Source: an uncultured Candidatus Binatia bacterium (lineage in GTDB: Bacteria > Desulfobacterota > Binatia > HRBIN30). From it: a stretch of DNA of 64,000 bases. A program made the position numbers and the translations under genes. The DNA is taken from positions 82,145-146,144 of the forward strand of contig CAYJOD010000003.1 in assembly GCA_964371655.1 (NCBI GenBank). Direction: 5' to 3'. The notes under the pieces are model-generated. The model did no database searches. It saw only the letters and a program-made list of their open reading frames with translations, and was not told where the DNA came from. Below, one piece after another: positions 57,719 to 64,000 of the stretch. The first letter of the stretch is position 1, and each line of letters begins with the position of its first letter.

Positions 57719-58702
57719 ATGAGCGAGCCGACGATTAAGCTGACGGGATCCGACGTGCAGTTGCCGTTGATGGGTCTTGGTACCTGGGCGTGGGGAGACA
57801 AACGAACCTGGGGAATGAATGACTATGACCACAGCTACAACCTCGACACCATCCGCGCGGCCTACGCCGCCTCGGTTGCGGCGGGGGTGACGTTGCTCGA
57901 TACCGCCGAAATGTATGGCGCTGGAGAGAGCGAGCGCATCATCGGGCGGCTGCTCGAAGAGGATTCCGCCAACCGCGACCGTGTCATCGTGGCGACCAAG
58001 TTCTTTCCGGCGCCACAGAAGATCTTCGTGCACTCCGCCTTACTGTCGGCCTTGCGTTCCTCACTGGAGCGCCTGCGCCTGCCCTGGGTGCACCTCTACC
58101 AGGTACACGGGCCGATCAGCTTGCGCTCGCATCAAGCGATGGCGGATGCACTCGCGGCTGCAGTCTCGGCGAAGCTGGTGAAAGCGGTCGGCGTGTCGAA
58201 CTACTCCGAGCGCGAGACCCGTGCCATTCACGCGGCGCTGGCGCGTCGCGGGGTGCCGCTGGCCACCAACCAAGTGGAGTACTCGTTGCTGCGCACCTTG
58301 CCCGAAACCTCGGGGCTACTGCGTGCCTGCCGCGAGCTCGGCGTCGCCGTCTTGGCGTACTCGCCGCTTGGACAAGGGCGCCTGACGGCGAAGTACTCGG
58401 CGAGCAACCCGCCTCCGGGGCAACGCACCTTTTCGAATTACCCGATGGTCGAGATCCAACCTTTGATCGATGAGCTACGGCGCGTCGGCGACAAGCACGG
58501 CAAGAGCCCCGGGCAGGTCGCTTTGAGCTGGATCATCTGTAAGGGAGCGATCCCCATCCCCGGGGCGAAGAACAAAGAGCAGGCGGAACAGAACGCCGGC
58601 GCTCTGGGCTGGCAGCTGAGCGCGGAGGAAATCGACGAGCTCGATCGACTCAGCAAGAGCGGGCAGCGAACCTGGCGGCACCGCCTGTGGCAGCACGGAT
58701 AA
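57719..58702 (+). CDS. Aldo/keto reductase
   Basis: GLGTWAWG, DTAEMYG, ATK, VGVSN, AYSPL, IPG. Confidence 0.92.
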   Translation: MSEPTIKLTGSDVQLPLMGLGTWAWGDKRTWGMNDYDHSYNLDTIRAAYAASVAAGVTLLDTAEMYGAGESERIIGRLLEEDSANRDRVIVATKFFPAPQKIFVHSALLSALRSSLERLRLPWVHLYQVHGPISLRSHQAMADALAAAVSAKLVKAVGVSNYSERETRAIHAALARRGVPLATNQVEYSLLRTLPETSGLLRACRELGVAVLAYSPLGQGRLTAKYSASNPPPGQRTFSNYPMVEIQPLIDELRRVGDKHGKSPGQVALSWIICKGAIPIPGAKNKEQAEQNAGALGWQLSAEEIDELDRLSKSGQRTWRHRLWQHG

Positions 58703-58792
58703 GCGCGGGGTAGGCTTCCGAATCCATCGCGGGCTGTGCCCGCATTCTTGCGGGAGAAAGCGGGAGTGAAGGATCCGAAATCGCGCTCGCCC

Positions 58793-58923
58793 GGCTTTGC
58801 ACGGCAATTCACTTTCGAGGCGTCATTGCCCATGCCCTTGCCCGAATTCGCACGATTGTTCCCTCAATCTTACAGGGCATAGGCAACGGCAAGGGCACGG
58901 CCAAGGAATTGGCGTGCAAAGCC
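58793..58923. mobile_element. MITE of the GGCTTTGCAC-end family, second copy with different internal repeats
   Basis: ggctttgcacggcaattc / gaattggcgtgcaaagcc (17/18 IR); flanking 9-mers match 6/9. Confidence 0.7.
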
Positions 58924-59029
58924 AGTTTGCCCCACACACCCCGCACCAATTTGTGCGTTTCGTACAAGAACCGCGTACCGAAGCGTGCGCCAGCTCTGCC
59001 GTGGCCCTACCACCTCCGCGCGCGCCGCT

Positions 59030-59044
59030 TGGCACGGGGCTTGC
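59030..59044 (+). promoter_or_regulatory. Sigma-54 (-24/-12) promoter
   Basis: TGGCACG-GGGC-TTGC, consensus match, ~30 nt upstream of an ATG with GGAGG RBS. Confidence 0.7.
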
Positions 59045-59073
59045 CTTTCTACCTGGCTGTTGGAGGTGCAGCG

Positions 59074-59244
59074 ATGAGGTTGTTGGCAAGTGGAAAGTGG
59101 TCGAAGGTGGAGCGGGGTTGGAAGATGGTGGTGGCGCTGCGATCGCCGACGGAACGAATAGGCCGGAGCATCCGCCCGGCCGCAGAGCGCACGGACAACG
59201 GCGCGGCGCAGGTCGTCCGCTTGGCCGAGTGGCGGATGCGTTGA
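59074..59244 (+). CDS. Small basic hypothetical protein (56 aa)
   Basis: Sigma-54 promoter + GGAGG RBS + downstream hairpin. Confidence 0.5.
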   Translation: MRLLASGKWSKVERGWKMVVALRSPTERIGRSIRPAAERTDNGAAQVVRLAEWRMR

Positions 59245-59271
59245 TCTCTCCCCGAGGCTAGGCGCAACCAG

Positions 59272-59306
59272 GCGCCGAGCAGTGTCCCCTGCACGGCTCG
59301 GCGCCG
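59272..59306. terminator. GC-rich hairpin between convergent small ORFs
   Basis: ggcgccgagc...gctcggcgcc; no U tract. Confidence 0.35.
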
Positions 59307-59385
59307 CACCTAGTGACTCCACGGTCGGGAGTCTCAAACAGCGGCGTCCGCCGCCTTCAGGCGGCGATTGCATTCTTTGCAGAGC

Positions 59386-59718
59386 CTAGGCACTGCGCCG
59401 CTCCGTTGCCGCCGAGCCCTCCGGGCTCACGGGCTCTCCGAAAACACAATGGACGCAATACACGCTGTCATGATCGACCGGGTCATAGCAGACGGCCTCT
59501 AGCCTGCGGCCGCAAGCGCTACATTCGGTCTTTGGAACGAGACTGCGGTCGACGAGCCAACGGCGCCTGTCGATCAGCACCTGCACGTGTGTCTTGCTGC
59601 GCACTCGGTCGCTGACGTGATCGATGAGATTTTGCCGATCGTACGGCGTGCGTACCGGTAAGAACAATCCGCCGCCCTTGAAGGACACGTGGGCAACTCC
59701 GGGAGAAAGCAGGCTCAT
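59386..59718 (-). CDS. Hypothetical protein with C-terminal CxxC...CxxC (zinc-binding)
   Basis: RBS AAAGGAG; CSAC and CVHC. Confidence 0.6.
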   Translation of the reverse strand: MSLLSPGVAHVSFKGGGLFLPVRTPYDRQNLIDHVSDRVRSKTHVQVLIDRRRWLVDRSLVPKTECSACGRRLEAVCYDPVDHDSVYCVHCVFGEPVSPEGSAATERRSA

Positions 59719-60149
59719 GAGGTTATCTCCTTTCGGTGAAAGCGAGCTGGCCGCGCTGCGTCTGTGACGAACGCGAGCGGCACCATCGAGGAAGCCTTTG
59801 TGCCCTGCTGTTTTCAGTGGACAGCGCCGGCGCCGTGCGTCGGTGAACCGAGAAAACAGAGGACACGAGTGGTCGGCACCTCTTGGGCCGTAGAGACGTT
59901 CGAAAGGGACATTCGCTTCACAAAAAAACTACGCCGCTCTCAATTCGAGCCGCGATGAATCCTCCGCGCCTTCATGGCTGATCCTCGCAATCGACGAGCG
60001 CGTCCGTCACTGTGGAATGTACTTACGTCGCCAGCTCGGCGCAGGCGGAGGCTCGCCGCCCCTCGATACGGCCGCTGGAAAAACGCGGCCTACTCGGGGC
60101 GAACGGAGAATGGGCAGATATAGGTCAGCGTAATTGTGAACGGCAGTAC

Positions 60150-61466
60150 TTACGGGAATTGCCCCTTCACCCACTCGATGGCCTGCTCGCGGCTATGCAG
60201 CGTGCCCTCGAGTTGCGCCTCGACGACGGCGTCGAGAATGCGCTTGAAGCGCGGGCCGGGCTCGTGGCCAAGCGCGATCAAGTCGGTGCCGCGCAACAAA
60301 GGCGGCGGTTTGATGCCGTCCACACTCAGCTCCCGCAGCCGCTGCTGGCAGAAATCGTAATGGCTCAGGTCTTTATTGGATGCCAGCGCATCGAGACGGG
60401 CGAGCGCCAAGAGCTCTTCGACGGCGTCGTGGGCCAGGAAGCGCTTGAGCGTGCTCAAACGCATTTCCTTTGCACTGGTCAGTCGCAGGTGGTCTTTGAC
60501 CAGAAAGCCGGCGCGCTCCCAGGTCTCGCGGCTACGACGCAGTCGCTGGCAGATTTCGATCGTCATCTCCGCACCGATCTCGCAGTGCCCGTAAAACGTG
60601 ATGCGGTGCTCGCGGCGCTGGAAGCAGCGCGGTTTGGCGACATCGTGGAGCAGCGCAGCGAGAGCCAGGGTCTCGCTGGGTTGGTCGAGCTGCTCGAGCA
60701 GAAGCATCGTATGCACGAACACGTCGCCCTCAGGGTGATAGTCCGGCGACTGCTCGACACCCTTCATCGCCGCGACTTCCGGCAGGATCGGCGCCAGCAG
60801 GCCGCTCTGGTCGAGAAGCTCGAAGGCGACGCGGGCGCTGCCTCTACTGCTGTCGCACAGCATACGCACGACCTCGTCGCCAATCCTCTCCCAGGCGATG
60901 TCCGTGATCGTGGCGGCAGCCCGGCGGATGGCGTCGAACGTGTCGGTGTCGATGCGAAACCCCAAGCGCGCTGCCAGGCGCACTGCCCGCAGCATGCGCA
61001 GGCGGTCTTCGTGCAGGCGCGCGGCAGGGTTGCCGATCGCGCGGATCACGCCGGCGTCGAGGTCGGCGCGCCCGCCGACGTAATCGATGATGCGGTCGTC
61101 GGCGGGGTCGAGGAACATGCCGTTGATCGTGAAGTCGCGGCGCTGCGCGTCCTCCTGCGGCGAGCTGAAGCGCACCGTGACCGGATGGCGTCCGTCGACG
61201 TAGACCGAATCGGAACGAAACGTCGCGACTTCGATCGGCTGCTCGTCGAGGATGACCAGCACGACTCCGAATTGGACGCCCACCGGAATTGTCTTCGCGA
61301 AGTGGGCTTGCACGACCTCGGCGGGTGCGTCGGTGGCGACGTCGTAGTCTTTCGGCGTGCGGCCGAGAAGGCGGTCGCGGACGCAGCCGCCGGCGAGGTA
61401 GGCGATGTATCCCACCGCGCGCAATTGCGCGGCAACGGCGCGAGCGGCTTGTTCGGCGCGGTTCAC
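60150..61466 (-). CDS. CCA tRNA nucleotidyltransferase / poly(A) polymerase family with HD domain
   Basis: GGCVRD, DYDVAT, RRDFTIN, EDRLRMLR, LLHDVAK. Confidence 0.92.
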   Translation of the reverse strand: MNRAEQAARAVAAQLRAVGYIAYLAGGCVRDRLLGRTPKDYDVATDAPAEVVQAHFAKTIPVGVQFGVVLVILDEQPIEVATFRSDSVYVDGRHPVTVRFSSPQEDAQRRDFTINGMFLDPADDRIIDYVGGRADLDAGVIRAIGNPAARLHEDRLRMLRAVRLAARLGFRIDTDTFDAIRRAAATITDIAWERIGDEVVRMLCDSSRGSARVAFELLDQSGLLAPILPEVAAMKGVEQSPDYHPEGDVFVHTMLLLEQLDQPSETLALAALLHDVAKPRCFQRREHRITFYGHCEIGAEMTIEICQRLRRSRETWERAGFLVKDHLRLTSAKEMRLSTLKRFLAHDAVEELLALARLDALASNKDLSHYDFCQQRLRELSVDGIKPPPLLRGTDLIALGHEPGPRFKRILDAVVEAQLEGTLHSREQAIEWVKGQFP

Positions 61467-61536
61467 GCCGTGATGCTTGCAAGGCGGGGGCGCAGCGTCA
61501 ACCTCGGGTCGGTCAGACCGCGACAGGTGAGAGTTG

Positions 61537-62523
61537 CTAGACTGGCTCGATGGATTCGACCGCCTCGGCTTTACCGGACTCGGACGATCGGTAGCATGCC
61601 TCGGCGATGGCGACGGCGCGCAGGCCTTCCTCGAGAGGGATCGGCATGGGCTTGCCGTGCACCACCGCGTCGGTGAAGTCGGCGAGAATCTCGCGCACGG
61701 TTTGTAGGGGCGCAGGGATCTCCAGCGCGACGGTGGTCGAACCCTGACAAAGTGCGGCATGGTTGAAGAGGTGGTCGCCGATTAGCTGACCCTTTTCACC
61801 GGCCACCTCGATCCCTCCGGAACGGCTCGCCGTGGCGCGCGAGCCGGCGATCGAGGCGAGCACTGTGCCGCCGCCCATGCGCAGCACGGCGGCGAAGTTG
61901 TCGTCGGTGGCGACGGTCCGTACGGCTCCGACGCGGCACATCGCCTCGTCGGCCTCGACGCCGCTGAGCAGACGCGCCAGATCGAAGCAGTGCACGCCGG
62001 TCATAAGGGTAACGCCGCCGCCGGAAAGGCTCGGGTCGTCGACCCAGCCCGGACGCGACGGCTCGAAACGCTGGCCGAGACGAAGCGCGTGGATGGCGCC
62101 GATGCGCGGCAGCGCCGCGCGCACGGCACGTACGACGCCGTTGTAGCGCAAGGTCTGGGCGACCATGACGGGAATGCCCGCCTGGCGCACGGCGCGCAGC
62201 ATCTTGCGTCCGGTGGCGACGCTGTGGGCGGCCGGCTTCTCGAGCAGCACCGGTTTGCCTGCGGCCGCCGCGGCCTCGATGATCTCCAGGTGCAGCATGG
62301 GTGGCACGACGATCGCCACCACGTCGACGTCGGAGGCGGTGAGCAGGTCGCGATAATCGGCGTAGCCCCGGCAGCGGAACTGCTCTGTCGCTGCTCGTCG
62401 CCCCTCCTCATCGCGGCGCGCGATGGCGACCAGGCGCAGCTGCGGCAGGTCCTCGGTGATGTGCTTGGCGTAACGACTTCCGTGCTTGCCGACCCCGATT
62501 AGGCCGATCCCGAGCTGCGACAT
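61537..62523 (-). CDS. Gfo/Idh/MocA family oxidoreductase
   Basis: IGVGKHG, LEKP, GGGV...GVHCFD. Confidence 0.88.
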   Translation of the reverse strand: MSQLGIGLIGVGKHGSRYAKHITEDLPQLRLVAIARRDEEGRRAATEQFRCRGYADYRDLLTASDVDVVAIVVPPMLHLEIIEAAAAAGKPVLLEKPAAHSVATGRKMLRAVRQAGIPVMVAQTLRYNGVVRAVRAALPRIGAIHALRLGQRFEPSRPGWVDDPSLSGGGVTLMTGVHCFDLARLLSGVEADEAMCRVGAVRTVATDDNFAAVLRMGGGTVLASIAGSRATASRSGGIEVAGEKGQLIGDHLFNHAALCQGSTTVALEIPAPLQTVREILADFTDAVVHGKPMPIPLEEGLRAVAIAEACYRSSESGKAEAVESIEPV

Positions 62524-62594
62524 CAACGCGGCTCTACTTGCCGCAGGCATGGCTTGCAAGGCCGCGCCGGTTGGTTGTCGGGGAATGTCCTGGT

Positions 62595-63257
62595 ATGCAG
62601 CCTCCTATGAAGCAGCTCACTCCGGCGCTGCGTCTCGATGCGCAAGGCGTCCGCATCGGAATGCGGCATCTCCGCAAGGTCGATCCGCGCTTGCGAACGA
62701 TCGTCGACGCCGCCGGACCATGTGCGCTACGTTCTCGCGCCACGATTTACGAAGCCTTGTTCCGCTCGGTGCTGTTTCAGCAGCTCGCCGGTGCCGCGGC
62801 GACGACGATCCTCAAGCGCGTGTGCGCGCCGTACGGCACCCGCATCCCGACGCCGGCGCAGCTGCTGGCGGCGCCGGATGAGCAGCTACGAGCCGCGGGC
62901 TTGTCCCGCCAAAAGCTCTCCTACCTGCGCGATCTCGCTGCAGCGTTTGCCGATGGCCGGCTGCGCCCGCAGCAGCTCGCCCGCCGCTCTGATGAGGACA
63001 TTGTCGCCGCGGTGACGACCGTGCATGGCATCGGTGAATGGACCGCGCACATGCTGCTGATCTTCTGCCTGCGCCGGCCCGACGTGCTGCCGGTCGGCGA
63101 TTACGGCGTACGCAAGGGCATGCAGCGCGTGTACGAGCTTGCTGACCTGCCGAAGCCGCCGGAGATGCACCGCATCGCCGAACCGTGGCGGCCGTATCGC
63201 AGTCTCGGAGCCTGGTACCTGTGGCGCAGCTTGGAGATCGAGCTTCCGGATGGGTGA
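62595..63257 (+). CDS. alkA: DNA-3-methyladenine glycosylase II (HhH-GPD)
   Basis: QQL, GLSRQK, GIGEWTA, LPVGDYG, WRPYRS. Confidence 0.9.
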   Translation: MQPPMKQLTPALRLDAQGVRIGMRHLRKVDPRLRTIVDAAGPCALRSRATIYEALFRSVLFQQLAGAAATTILKRVCAPYGTRIPTPAQLLAAPDEQLRAAGLSRQKLSYLRDLAAAFADGRLRPQQLARRSDEDIVAAVTTVHGIGEWTAHMLLIFCLRRPDVLPVGDYGVRKGMQRVYELADLPKPPEMHRIAEPWRPYRSLGAWYLWRSLEIELPDG

Positions 63258-63296
63258 ATACGGTCGTTGTTGTCCCGGCAGTCCTTGCAGTCTCGG

Positions 63297-64000
63297 TCAG
63301 ACCCCGCTCTTGTCGCGCAAGAACTCACGCACCACCCGCAAGAACTCCTCCAGCTGATCATGATGCACCCAGTGCCCGGCTTTCTCGATGTTGACCACCG
63401 TCGCGTCGCGGAAGGCGGAGGCGCGGCCGTCCTGATTCGGATCGGAAGCCCACGACTCGGTGCCGCGCACGAGCAGGGTAGGGCAGGTGATCTGGCTCCA
63501 CAGCTCGCGCGCTTCGCCCTGGTTGAATAGGTACGGCGACGCGGCGCGGACGTAGTTGTCGAACTTCCACAGGTAGGTGCCGTCTTCATCGCGATAGGAG
63601 CCGTGGATGGCCAGGTCGCGCGCCTTCTCCGGCGCCAGATGCGGATTGGCGTCGCGCATGCGCGCAATGGCTTCGTCGCGGGTGGCGTAGCGATGCGGAT
63701 GACGCCGGGACAGCGACTGCATCTCGACGATCCACGCCTGCATGCGATCCTTGGCCGGACGTTCCTGAATGAAACCTGGCGGCGGTCCGAGGCCTTCGAT
63801 CGCAACGACCTTGTTGACGCGCTCCGGATAGGTCCCCGTGTATTGCAGAGCGATGGCGCCGCCCAGAGAGTGGCCGATGATCGTGATCGGAAACGTCGGC
63901 AGCGCCGCGAGCAGCTGGGCGACGTCGAGCGTGTAGTCGACCAACGAGTACGAGCCGCCCACCGACCACTGGGAATCGCCATGGCCGCGCAGATCGGGGG
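63297..64000 (-). CDS. Alpha/beta hydrolase, 5'-truncated by window edge
   Basis: PDLRGHGDS, GHSLGG, AGHWVHHD. Confidence 0.88.
   Translation of the reverse strand, partial: PDLRGHGDSQWSVGGSYSLVDYTLDVAQLLAALPTFPITIIGHSLGGAIALQYTGTYPERVNKVVAIEGLGPPPGFIQERPAKDRMQAWIVEMQSLSRRHPHRYATRDEAIARMRDANPHLAPEKARDLAIHGSYRDEDGTYLWKFDNYVRAASPYLFNQGEARELWSQITCPTLLVRGTESWASDPNQDGRASAFRDATVVNIEKAGHWVHHDQLEEFLRVVREFLRDKSGV

Noticed and set aside
58870-58930. c-di-GMP-I riboswitch suggested by GGGCA...GCAAAGCC
   Set aside because: GCAAAGCC is the terminal repeat of a MITE and the GAAA-loop stem is missing.
1-64000. tRNA/rRNA genes, prophage, autonomous IS or integron
   Set aside because: No such motifs or ORFs recognised by eye; tRNAscan/Infernal could still reveal small RNAs.

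Overview
High-GC bacterial chromosomal window with about 50 CDS. I found no rRNA, tRNA, CRISPR array, transposase or reverse transcriptase. The gene mix (hpnJ/hpnK, an F420-dependent nitroreductase, many lipid-catabolic enzymes, sigma-54 elements) suggests a Binatia/deltaproteobacteria-like organism; this is inference only. Main blocks: (1) 1-10.4 kb, an accessory locus with a diverged PLP alpha-oxoamine-synthase (BioF-like) gene, two signal-peptide-less proteins sharing an N-terminal leader + peptidoglycan-binding + OmpA module but with different C-terminal domains (Cys-rich unknown; trypsin-like protease), an M20 peptidase, an amidohydrolase, a sigma-54 activator and two secreted C-type-lectin-fold proteins, with two internal duplication scars. 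This is the best candidate for an undescribed system. (2) AAA ATPase, HAD/acyltransferase, metY and a metX-metW fusion. (3) Porin + PHP-hydrolase lipoprotein + phnWX + GlpT-like MFS (phosphonate use). (4) Assorted redox/lipid genes, an HzsA-like protein and ppiD. (5) hpnJ/hpnK next to a translationally coupled HAD-NTP transferase-ATP-grasp-aminotransferase-dehydrogenase-CDP-alcohol transferase operon (candidate aminocyclitol lipid pathway). (6) glpD, thioesterases, aldo/keto reductase, a sigma-54-driven small ORF, CCA enzyme, alkA. Many intergenic gaps hold REP-like or short-tandem-repeat palindromes, several nested inside IS-end-like MITE shells. All family calls come from motif recognition by eye, not database searches.
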